Assembly (NCBI GenBank): GCA_965222605.1
Contig: OZ244960.1
Location: 4,064,001-4,128,000, forward strand
Length of the DNA: 64,000 nucleotides
Reading direction: 5' to 3'
Source: Candidatus Latescibacterota bacterium
GTDB lineage: Bacteria > Latescibacterota > UBA2968
The notes under the pieces are model-generated. The model had not been told where the DNA came from. It worked only from the letters and a program-made list of their open reading frames with translations, and made no database searches. Shown here in pieces: positions 16,973 to 26,300 of the stretch (positions are counted from its first letter, which is position 1; the number at the start of each line of letters is the position of its first letter). The position numbers were made by a program, and so were the translations under genes.

Positions 16973-18153
16973 GCCGATCCCTCCACGAAATCTGGTAGCA
17001 ATTCACTATCAAAAATGGCACTGCCAATTCCGAAATCCGTAATCCAACCATCCAGTGCTGTTTGGTCACCGCGGATATTCTCAAGGTTGATGACTTCTGT
17101 ACCGAGTCCGGGAACATTGCGTAAGAGTAAAACACCGAGCGAATTCGATAAGTTGTCAGAGTTAAAGGCATCAAGAAGTTGAGAACTATGGGTTGTGATA
17201 ATCACCTGAGAGTGTTCGGAAATTTGCTCAAGAACATTTGCAATATCCGCCAAAGCACCAGGATGTAGATTCCGCTCCGGTTCTTCGATAGCAATAAGCG
17301 GCGGCAATACAGGTTCGTTAAGTAAGACATAATATGCAACGAGACGCAATGTGCCATCAGATGCTCTCTTCAAAGGTATCGGTTGCTCGTATCCTTCTAA
17401 AAGGCAGAGCTGGTTATCTCCGTCAATTTTGTTTTGAGCTATTCTGATATTTGTAGAAGCCGCGAGAGATTCACTAACGCTTTGGAAACGCTCTGGTGTA
17501 TTCTCGTGCCAGTACGAGAGTAGTGCCGATAATGTCGAACCATCATCATCGAGTTTTGGAGATTCGCGCAACTCTTTCAATGAGGTATTCTCTATTATAA
17601 ATGGGAATCCCCCTGAATACCTTCGCATGTATTCAGGTCGAAAGTCGTAAAATTCCCAACCCTTTATAAACTCCGTTAAGATACTTGTATTGGGCTTGTA
17701 GCCATAATCGCCCGCTGACTTCAAAGCGAGTTTATTAGACTTGTAGGATGTCAGGTTTTCGCCATTTTCATCCTTAACTTGGCCCTGTCCGTCCTGGATA
17801 GATATGACTTTTACAGATTTAACCAATAATTCTTCGGCAACAAAAGGATTATTGACCTCCGCTTTTAGCTTCAGTTTGTATAGAGTTGGGGTTTCTTCCA
17901 CTTTAGCTTGCAATTGGAAAGTGATTTGGTTTGCCTCACCTGCCCAAAGGCGATCTTGGATAAATTCAACTGGGGGCAATTCTTCAGCAGTTATCACCTT
18001 ATTGAGAAGTCTCAAGGCATTCAAGATATTCGATTTCCCACTCGCATTGGGTCCGACAAGAACTGTCAAAGGCTTTAGCGGAAGCTCAACATCGCGCAAG
18101 CTAAGAAAGTTTTTGATGTGAACTTTCTCTAAGAATGCTTTCTCTTTAGACAT
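16960..18153 (-). CDS. AAA_21/ABC-type ATPase (putative defence)
   Basis: IKNFLSL, GPNASGKS, SDGTLR, IEEPERNLHP, ITTHS. Confidence 0.9.
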   Translation of the reverse strand: MSKEKAFLEKVHIKNFLSLRDVELPLKPLTVLVGPNASGKSNILNALRLLNKVITAEELPPVEFIQDRLWAGEANQITFQLQAKVEETPTLYKLKLKAEVNNPFVAEELLVKSVKVISIQDGQGQVKDENGENLTSYKSNKLALKSAGDYGYKPNTSILTEFIKGWEFYDFRPEYMRRYSGGFPFIIENTSLKELRESPKLDDDGSTLSALLSYWHENTPERFQSVSESLAASTNIRIAQNKIDGDNQLCLLEGYEQPIPLKRASDGTLRLVAYYVLLNEPVLPPLIAIEEPERNLHPGALADIANVLEQISEHSQVIITTHSSQLLDAFNSDNLSNSLGVLLLRNVPGLGTEVINLENIRGDQTALDGWITDFGIGSAIFDSELLPDFVEGSACQT

Positions 18154-18187
18154 GGCTATTTCCCTTTCTTGATTTCAGACATTGTCC

Positions 18188-18259
18188 TTAATGGGCATGG
18201 CCTCTATTCTTTTTATGCGCCAGTCGTCGGGCAATTCTGAGCAGATCATGCGGGTTCAA
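18188..18259 (-). pseudogene. Possible 5' remnant of a HEPN-like gene
   Basis: TTG-started (M)NPHDLLRIARRLAHKKNRGHAH* after an AAAAGG RBS. Confidence 0.3.
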
Positions 18260-18271
18260 AGTATCGGCCTT

Positions 18272-19462
18272 TTATTGAGAGAGCGGACAAATTCCATTAA
18301 CCTGGATAATATAGCCCTGACGGCGCTGCCCTTTGAAATGGACCTGTAACTGATTTGGATTCAGAAGTTGCAAATCTAATTGCAATATATCTTCAACCGT
18401 GTTTGAAAGTTTCAAATAGAGTGCCGAGGTCAAACGGGTAAATTTCTGGAATCTCTGGGGCATGTCTCCAAAAGATCGATAAAGATTCGGGAGTGGTGAT
18501 TCTTGAATTTGTAGTCCAGGCTCATATGAAGATGAAGTTCCACCTTGAATAAAAGATTCCAACAGAGAGTCATTGGCAAATTCTGCGAAACCGACTTGAT
18601 TGGAATACCCCAATTTTTCATCAAGTAGGATTCTTTTTGCACGCATCTCGGCAATCTGATCCGGTGAAATATTATTGTACGCTATCTCCCCTAAAGGACC
18701 AAAATTTTGCTTTTCACTATTTTCCTTTAGAACGACTTCCCAAACAGTTTGAGAGCCGGATGTGATCTGAACAGCAGACTGAGGACTTACCCAGGCGGCA
18801 TCTTCTTGTAGCGCAAAAGCCAACTTATCATGAGAGAAACGGTTACTAAGATTGCTCCTCAATGAGCGGAGAAAGGCAGTCTCTTCGGGCGATTCAGGAA
18901 GAAGTTCAAGAGAAATTTCTGTTGAATCCCAGTGTGCATCTTGAAATGGAATGAAATACTGTTTTCCATCTGACAGACGAAACAGCACAAATTCGCTGAG
19001 ATTACTCTCGACTGCGGTGGAGTTCAATATTTCAGTTGGTGTGATCTGCGATGTTGATCCCGACAGCTTTTCTGCCAAAATTTGATAAATTTCTTCAATG
19101 GACATTGAGCGTAAATCAAGATACCCGAGTGTTCCCAAAATTCCTGGAATCTCCGTATCGTCAAGACGGATAGGAAGAATATATTCCTTGTTTTCCTCCA
19201 ATGCTCTTGCCTGAGCACTTTGACGTTCGTGTTTCGTCCACAACTTTCGTGCATAATGTTCAGATAAGAACATGACACAGTAGCGTGCTTGATCCTTGTA
19301 AATCGATGCCAAGTGATCATACAGATTTTTGCCCCAAAGCTGTGCCATCTCATCGTCGTCGTAAAAGACTGAATATCCTCCCGATTCGAGAAGATTCCGT
19401 AACTTCTCAGCATAATGTCGATCTTCTCCTGCGAAAGATAAGGTAACATCATATTTTTTCAT
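18272..19462 (-). CDS. TIR-domain protein with an uncharacterised C-terminal domain
   Basis: YDVTLSFAGEDR, VFYD, LWGKNL and WTKHE (catalytic Glu) motifs. Confidence 0.9.
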   Translation of the reverse strand: MKKYDVTLSFAGEDRHYAEKLRNLLESGGYSVFYDDDEMAQLWGKNLYDHLASIYKDQARYCVMFLSEHYARKLWTKHERQSAQARALEENKEYILPIRLDDTEIPGILGTLGYLDLRSMSIEEIYQILAEKLSGSTSQITPTEILNSTAVESNLSEFVLFRLSDGKQYFIPFQDAHWDSTEISLELLPESPEETAFLRSLRSNLSNRFSHDKLAFALQEDAAWVSPQSAVQITSGSQTVWEVVLKENSEKQNFGPLGEIAYNNISPDQIAEMRAKRILLDEKLGYSNQVGFAEFANDSLLESFIQGGTSSSYEPGLQIQESPLPNLYRSFGDMPQRFQKFTRLTSALYLKLSNTVEDILQLDLQLLNPNQLQVHFKGQRRQGYIIQVNGICPLSQ

Positions 19463-19525
19463 TTTTTATACTCCAAAATACATTCTAAAATTTGATTCGC
19501 CTTCACTATGGCAATTACTCCCTAA

Positions 19526-19553
19526 ATTATACTATACATCTGTTTAGTGTCAA
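19526..19553 (-). promoter_or_regulatory. Consensus sigma70 promoter
   Basis: Minus strand reads TTGACA-16 bp-TATAAT, upstream of the TIR gene. Confidence 0.8.
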
Positions 19554-19627
19554 GACCTCATTAAAAATTTGGAATTCCAATACAAAACCACTTTCATAAT
19601 ATCCAATTTTCTGCTCGTTGGTGTCCG

Positions 19628-20911
19628 TCATTGTTGCATCAGCATCGCCGCAATGTCTTCCGGCAACTTCACACCATATCTCTGCTCAAATTCCTCAACA
19701 TTTTCGTAATCATTACAAAATGCCGCGATAATATCCACACCCCTGCTCTTGGCAATTGTCAGGTCTGATCTGGTTCCTTGCCAATTTTGTAAGTGCAGCC
19801 AACACATACCACGATTGCAATAGGCCAAGGCAAGCTCTGGATCCAGTTCTATCGCCTTACTATAGTCTGCGATAGCACGGTCAATTTCGCCTTTGCTGTC
19901 GTAAGCAATGCCGCGATTGTTATAGGCCACGTCAAGCTCTGGATTTAGTTTTATGGCCCTGTTGTAGTTCTCGATAGCACGATCAATCTCGCCTTTGATG
20001 CCGTAAATAGTACCGCGATAGTAATAGACTTCAGCAAGCTCTGGATTCAGTTCTATGGCCCTGTTGTAGTTCTCGATGGCACGATCAATCTCGCCTTTGA
20101 TGCCGTAAGCAATGCCGCGATTGTTATAGGCATCAGCATCATTTGGATTTAGTTGTATTGCCTTGTTATAGTCTGCGATGGCTCGGTCATATATGCCTTT
20201 ACTGAGGTAAATATTTCCGCGATTGTTATAGGTATCAGCAAGCTCTGGATTCAGTTCTATCGCCTTGTTGCAGTCTTCGATAGCTCGGTCAACCTCACCT
20301 TTGCCGAGATAAGCAATGCTGCGATTGTTATAGGTAGCGACATAGCGTGGATTGATTTTCGTTACATGTGAGTAGGCTTCTATTGCCTTGTCGATTTGCC
20401 CTATCATCATTAGAAAGTTACCCTGTTGAAATATCCATACATGTAATGTTTCTTCTTGGGCACTATCAGATGCTTGAGCGCGTATTTTGTCAACAACACT
20501 TCGGAGACCCGCTACTACATTTTGCCAGCCTTTGCTCTCAGGTTGCCATTCATTAATAGGCTTGCCTTGATCAGGAAGAGCTTGGATGTCGCTGAGTTGA
20601 TGATTTTGCCAATCGCAATCCTCAAGGATAATGGGGATGGTTCGTATCTTTCCGATTAATGCTTCTGCCAATTCCTTATTGCAATTTTCAGAGGTAAGAC
20701 TTGCAGCAGAAACGAGGTAGAGCAGAATGTCTGAATCGTCAAGGTTTTTGGAAATTTCTTCACGCCATCTGTCGCCTGGGAGGATCTCGTTATCGTGCCA
20801 AATCGTTATCAACTTATTTCGTACCATTACACCAAGGCGACCTATCAATGTGTTCTTTGCCGCTTTATCTTTATGTGAATAAGTAATGAATACTTTTAGA
20901 GGTTCGCTCAT
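19628..20911 (-). CDS. TIR-TPR protein (about 7 TPRs)
   Basis: VFITYSHKD, WHD..I.PGD.W, S.NC.KE; 34-aa YNNRG..Y..KG..D.AI repeats. Confidence 0.92.
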   Translation of the reverse strand: MSEPLKVFITYSHKDKAAKNTLIGRLGVMVRNKLITIWHDNEILPGDRWREEISKNLDDSDILLYLVSAASLTSENCNKELAEALIGKIRTIPIILEDCDWQNHQLSDIQALPDQGKPINEWQPESKGWQNVVAGLRSVVDKIRAQASDSAQEETLHVWIFQQGNFLMMIGQIDKAIEAYSHVTKINPRYVATYNNRSIAYLGKGEVDRAIEDCNKAIELNPELADTYNNRGNIYLSKGIYDRAIADYNKAIQLNPNDADAYNNRGIAYGIKGEIDRAIENYNRAIELNPELAEVYYYRGTIYGIKGEIDRAIENYNRAIKLNPELDVAYNNRGIAYDSKGEIDRAIADYSKAIELDPELALAYCNRGMCWLHLQNWQGTRSDLTIAKSRGVDIIAAFCNDYENVEEFEQRYGVKLPEDIAAMLMQQ

Positions 20912-20924
20912 CCCCTTTCCTCCA

Positions 20925-21026
20925 TTATCGGGACCGCGTATTATTGCCGCCGCAAATAGGGGTCAACTCACCCAGTTCAAATTCTACTTGTTTCAGCACG
21001 CTCAGGTTTTTCACGCTTATGTTCAT
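20925..21026 (-). pseudogene. 5' remnant of an AAA/ABC ATPase gene
   Basis: MNISVKNLSVLKQVEFELGELTPICGGNNTRSR*; stops inside the Walker A; GAGGG RBS. Confidence 0.7.
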
Positions 21027-21056
21027 ATCGTCCCTCTATTGGTACTATTTCTTTCG

Positions 21057-23252
21057 TCACCCTTGTGTCAGCATCGCCGCGATGTCTTCCGGCAACTTCA
21101 CACCATATCTCCGCTCAAATTCCTCAACATTTTTGTAATTGTCGCGAAATACTGCGATAATATCCATGCCCTTGTTCTTGGCAACTTTCAAGTCTAATCT
21201 GGTTTCTTGCCAATTTTGCAAGTGCAGCCAACACATACCGCGATTGTAATAGGTCAGAGCAAACTCTGGTTTCAGTTTTATTGCTTTGTTGTAATCCGCG
21301 ATGGCTTTGTTGTAATCTGTGGTAGCACGGTCATACGCGCCTTTGATAAAATACATATTGCCGCGATTGTGATAGACTTCAGCGTAATTTGGGTTTAACC
21401 TTATTGCCCTGTTATAGTCTGCCTGGGCTTGGTTATACTTACGTTTTCTGCCGTAAGCATTGCCGCGATTGTAATAGACTTGGGCATCATCCGGTTTTAG
21501 TTCTATGGCCTTGCTGTAGTCTGCGATGGCTTGGTCATACATGCCTTTACTGAAGTAAATATTGCCTCGATTGATATAGGCTTCGGCAAGATCCGGTTTC
21601 AGTTCTAAAACCATGTTGCAGTCTGCGATAGCACGGTCATACGCGCCTTTACTGTTGTAAGCACTACCGCGATTGTAATAGGCTTGAGCGTAATCCGGTT
21701 TTAGTTCTATGGCCTTGCTGTAGTCTGCGATAGCACGATCAATCTCACCTTTGTCGCGGTAAGCATTGCCTCGATTGATATAGGCTTCGGCATAATCAGG
21801 TTTCAATTCTATGGCCATATTATAGTCTGCTATGGCCTGATCATACATGCCTTTACTGTTGTAAGCACTACCGCGCTCGTGATAGACTTCAGCGGAATTC
21901 GGATTTAATTTTATCGTCTTGTTATAGTCTGCGATGGCTTGGTCATACATGCCTTTACTGTTGTAAGCACTACCGCGATTGTAATAGGCCTGGATAAGAT
22001 CCGGGTTTAATTTTATCGCCTTGTTATAGTCTGTTATGGCTTGGTCATATGCGTCTTTACAGAAGTAAGCAATGCCGCGATTGTTATAGGCTGCGACAAA
22101 CTCTGGATTCAGTCGTATTGCTCCGCTATAGTCTGCGATGGCTTGGTCATACACGCCTTTTCTATCGTGTGCAATGCCGCGATTGTAATAGGCTAAGGCA
22201 TAATTTGGATTTAATTTTATCGCCTTGCTATGGTCAGCGATAGCACAGTCAATCTCGCCTTTGTCGCGGTAAGCATTGCCACGGTTATCATAGGCTTCGG
22301 CAAGCCCTGGATTTAGTTTTGTGGCTTTGTTGAATTCCTCAATGGCTTGGTCATACGCGCCTTTACCGAAGTAAGCATTGCCGCGATTGTGATAGGCGTT
22401 GGCCAATCTTAGGCGAAGAAGGATATGAACATACGATTGCACCGAAACAGCAATGCCGCGATTGTTATAGACTTCGGCAAGTTTTAGATTCAGTTCTATG
22501 GCCTTATTGTAGTCTGCAATAGCACGGTCATGCGCGCCTTTACCGAAATACGCAATGCCGCGATTGTTATAGGCATCGGCAAGCTCTGGTTCAAGTTCTA
22601 TGGCCTTGTTGCAGTCTGCGATAGCGCGGTCATATGCACCTTTGTTGAGATAAGCAGCACCGCGATTGTTATAGGTAGTGACAGAGTGTGGGTTGAGTTC
22701 AATTACATGTGAGTAGGCTTCTATCGCTTTGTCGATTTGCCTCAGCATTATCAGGAAATTACCTTGTTGAAATATCCATTCAGGTAATGTTTCTTGTTGC
22801 ACACTATCAGATGTCAGAGCTTGTATTTCACCAACGACATTTCGGAGACCCGCTACTACATTTTGCCAGCCTTTGCTCTCAGGTTGCCATTCATTAATAG
22901 GCTTGCCTTGATCGGGAAGGGCTTGGATGTCGCTGAGTTGATGATTTTGCCAATCACAATCCTCAAGAATAATGGGGAGGATTCTTATCTTTCGACTTAA
23001 TGCTTCTGCCAATTCCTTGTTACAGTTTTCAGAGGCAAGACTCGAAGAGGAGACGAGGTAGAGCAGAATGTCTGAATCGGCAAGGTTTTTAGAAATGTCT
23101 TCATACCACCTATCGCCCGGGAGGATTTCGTTATCGTGCCAAAGCGTTATTAAGTCGTTTTGTACCATTACATCAAGGCGTGTTTTTAATGTGTTTTTTG
23201 CCGCTTTATCTCTATGCGAATAAGTAATGAATACTTTAAGTCGCTCGTTCAT
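21057..23252 (-). CDS. TIR-TPR protein (about 16 TPRs)
   Basis: Paralog of 19628-20911 with a longer repeat array; GGAG RBS before ATG 23252. Confidence 0.92.
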   Translation of the reverse strand: MNERLKVFITYSHRDKAAKNTLKTRLDVMVQNDLITLWHDNEILPGDRWYEDISKNLADSDILLYLVSSSSLASENCNKELAEALSRKIRILPIILEDCDWQNHQLSDIQALPDQGKPINEWQPESKGWQNVVAGLRNVVGEIQALTSDSVQQETLPEWIFQQGNFLIMLRQIDKAIEAYSHVIELNPHSVTTYNNRGAAYLNKGAYDRAIADCNKAIELEPELADAYNNRGIAYFGKGAHDRAIADYNKAIELNLKLAEVYNNRGIAVSVQSYVHILLRLRLANAYHNRGNAYFGKGAYDQAIEEFNKATKLNPGLAEAYDNRGNAYRDKGEIDCAIADHSKAIKLNPNYALAYYNRGIAHDRKGVYDQAIADYSGAIRLNPEFVAAYNNRGIAYFCKDAYDQAITDYNKAIKLNPDLIQAYYNRGSAYNSKGMYDQAIADYNKTIKLNPNSAEVYHERGSAYNSKGMYDQAIADYNMAIELKPDYAEAYINRGNAYRDKGEIDRAIADYSKAIELKPDYAQAYYNRGSAYNSKGAYDRAIADCNMVLELKPDLAEAYINRGNIYFSKGMYDQAIADYSKAIELKPDDAQVYYNRGNAYGRKRKYNQAQADYNRAIRLNPNYAEVYHNRGNMYFIKGAYDRATTDYNKAIADYNKAIKLKPEFALTYYNRGMCWLHLQNWQETRLDLKVAKNKGMDIIAVFRDNYKNVEEFERRYGVKLPEDIAAMLTQG

Positions 23253-23311
23253 TCTCTTTTCTCCATTGTCAGGATCGTGCGGATGAACTGTGGTCGCAGT
23301 TGTACACCGCT

Positions 23312-23383
23312 TACAAAATTGCATGGATTAACAGGATTCAATCCTGCCCATCCTTTCATCCTGCAAATCCTGATTCAGACATT
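23312..23383. repeat. ATCCTG-rich interspersed palindromic repeat
   Basis: GGATTAACAGGATTCAATCCTGCCCATCCTTTCATCCTGCAAATCCTGATTCAGAC; overlaps the MTase stop codon. Confidence 0.65.
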
Positions 23384-26300
23384 TTCCACCGCAGCAATTT
23401 CTTCTTCCGTCAGCCCGTACAGCGCATAGACCAATTGATCTATTTCCGCTTCCTCCTTGCTAGTGTCGGCCTCTGGGTCAGTCGCTTTAACCGTTAGGAT
23501 GTGGTCAACCAACTCAACAACCGGGATTTGTTGCTCACGAGTAATCACCGGTATTGGAAATTCTTTCACATAATTGTTAATCCAACGACTTATTCCCATC
23601 CCACTTGTTTCTGCAATAAGACCCAAGTAAAAACGCATTGCATTTGAATTTAGGACACCGAGCAAAAACTTTGAGTCCATACCTGAAGGAGGTAATAAAA
23701 AATACGCCGAGTTTAGTAGATAGACTTCTTCATTACAGAGGGCGAATCGCCCCAAATCCGTCAATTCAATCCACACAATCTTTTCTTTTTTGAAGTCGTC
23801 ATAGAATGAGCAAGCTCTTAGATTTGTCCAGTGTTGCCCTTGTGCTCCACGGTTTTTGAACTTATCCCCAAATGACTCTAAATGCTGGTATATCTCAGGA
23901 TAATCTCTTTCTATATTGACTCCGTTTTTAGCCAGTAAAATATGCTGTCCAGATAGAGTGTAGTTGTAGCGAAAAATATCTCTTCCTCTCAAAATGGGTT
24001 TTATGATTTTGGCGTTGACAGGATTTTTCTCACAAAGCTTTCGTTTCTGGTCTTCATTTATAAGAAAGGCTTCATTGCTTCCAGTGGCAATACCAAGTCT
24101 AATTTTTGTGTGAAACTCTTCGAGGGTTTTTCCTGAAGATTCCAGTTTTCTTTGAAGTTCAACAAGCTTTGGTTCTGCAAGATTCCAAGACTTTGAATTA
24201 AAGAATGTTTGAGGACAATTAAAGCCATTGATTTTTACAAAATCCTCAAAACTATTACCCGAAAATGGCGAATTAACAACAATGCAAAAATCGTCGGTGA
24301 AATTTGTCGATTTACGAGATACTATTATCGCGACATTAACAATTGCACTCTCAAAAATCTGTGAGTTCTCAATGTTTAATACCCTGAGCAACATATTTTT
24401 ATTTTGCAACAGTCTTCGGATTGGTGTCCCATATTCCGCTCTCAAATATGAATTTGAGGTAATGAAGCTAAGCAAGCCTCTATCATTTTGTAACTCTATC
24501 GCCTTTTCAATGAAATAGCAATACACATCCGCAAATGGCTGGTATGACTGGTAATAATTCTTGATTTTGGCTTTGAGTTGTTTTGAGATTTTATCATGAC
24601 TAACGTAAGGAGGATTCCCAATCACCACATCAAAACCCTCCGTGATACCGAACATCCACTCAGGATCAAAGAAATCGGCAGCCGCATTTTGATCATAAGG
24701 GTTCCAATAGGCGATTTTTTCAGTCGTTTCACTGGGAAAACCATCGCGTTTTAGCAATTCACTGATTTCAGCACGGATTTGGTCGTCTTGGTCGCGGTAT
24801 TTGACTTTGGTTCTTGGGGTGCGGGCAATGAAGTGTTTTCTCCGCACTTCGCTCAACTCTTTTTCCTTTTCGTCAATTTGTGGATTGCGGATGGAAATTT
24901 GCTTGGGTTTATCCACTCCGATCAGAGTATTGGCCGCGACAAATTTCGTTTCCAAGTTCGGCAAGGGACGAACACTTCGGTTTTCCCGTGAATCGTCAAT
25001 CTTCTGATCTACGATGAGCGAAATAAAGAAACGAAGTTTGGAAATCTGTACAGCTATCGGCTGAATATCGACCCCATAGATACAGTTTTCAATCAGGTAG
25101 AGTTTGCGTCCGTAGTCGAGTTCGTTCCGTTCAAAAGCCTCATTGATATTATCAATTTCCTGCTCAAGGTCGCGGATGGTGTTTTCACGAACTGTGCTGT
25201 CGTCAATTTTTTCTGCGGTCTCAATGGTACTTTCAACTCTGGCAATTTGTCGTTGTCTCCACTGGTCGTTGCCCGGGTCGAGTTTTCCGAGAATGAAAAC
25301 CAGCTTACGTAGGATGCCCATGGGGAACTCGCCTGAACCACAGGCGGGATCAAGAATTTTGAGATCGTCAATGGCTTTGATTAACTGCTCGGTTTCTTCG
25401 TCACTGAATTGATGTGGATCATCGTTATATGCGATCAAGTGGCGGAGATTACTTTCGATTAAGTTTTTTTCTTTTTTCGACAGCACACCTTTTTGCATAT
25501 CAAGCCGAGTTTGTACCGGTTCTGCTTGGCCGCTGAGATCCAATTGCGAAGGTGGCGTTGTTGCCGAAAAGGTGTTTTTGGATTCGCAACATGCAATTAG
25601 AGTAGATTTGAAATAGGCAATCAACGACTCGTCGGTCATGTAGTTGACGATTTCGCGGGGCGTATAAAAAGAGCCGGTCTTCTTGCGGGCAGTTGTCTGC
25701 GTTTCGGGATTGTACGCAGCCAGAAGATTTTCAAAGACCTTACCGAGCAGTTCGGGGTCAAGCGCGACTTCCTCTTCAATAGGCGTATTCTCAGCTACTG
25801 TGAATTTGTAACGGTCGAGAATATCAATCAGCCCGCGTACTTTATATTGCTTGCCTTTTGTGCCGTAAGCCGCGTTGAGATCCACATTCTGTTCGTCAGA
25901 AAAGAACAAAAAATTGGGGACATGTAGCGGATTGTCGTTGCGGTCAGAAAAGCCGTCAACGCGCAGGATCTTTTTAGGCTTGTCTTTATCGGGCTTATCC
26001 AGACATTCAAACAAACCGCCATTGAGAAAAGGAATCTCCTTGAAAAAACCAAGTGCTTCTTTGGGGTGCTTGAAATACCGCTCATATCGGTAAAGAGAAT
26101 GCACCATGTAGTGCTGATCGCGTCCTCCCGATTGCTTGGCTCGGTGTCTGAATTTGCGGTTATCGGGCTTCATCTCTGTATTGAGTGTGGCAAAGAAAAG
26201 GTTTTGAAGAATCGCTTTGTAATAGGTGTTTTCCAGGGGGTCGGTATCGTTTAGGATTTTATCAATCTGCTTTTTATTAAAGAGCGTGTCTTGAACCAAT

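Noticed and set aside
19750-22700. CRISPR array or DGR template/variable repeats
   Set aside because: The 102-bp periodic repeats are in-frame TPR codons without unique spacers; no cas or reverse transcriptase gene is present, and differences are not adenine-specific
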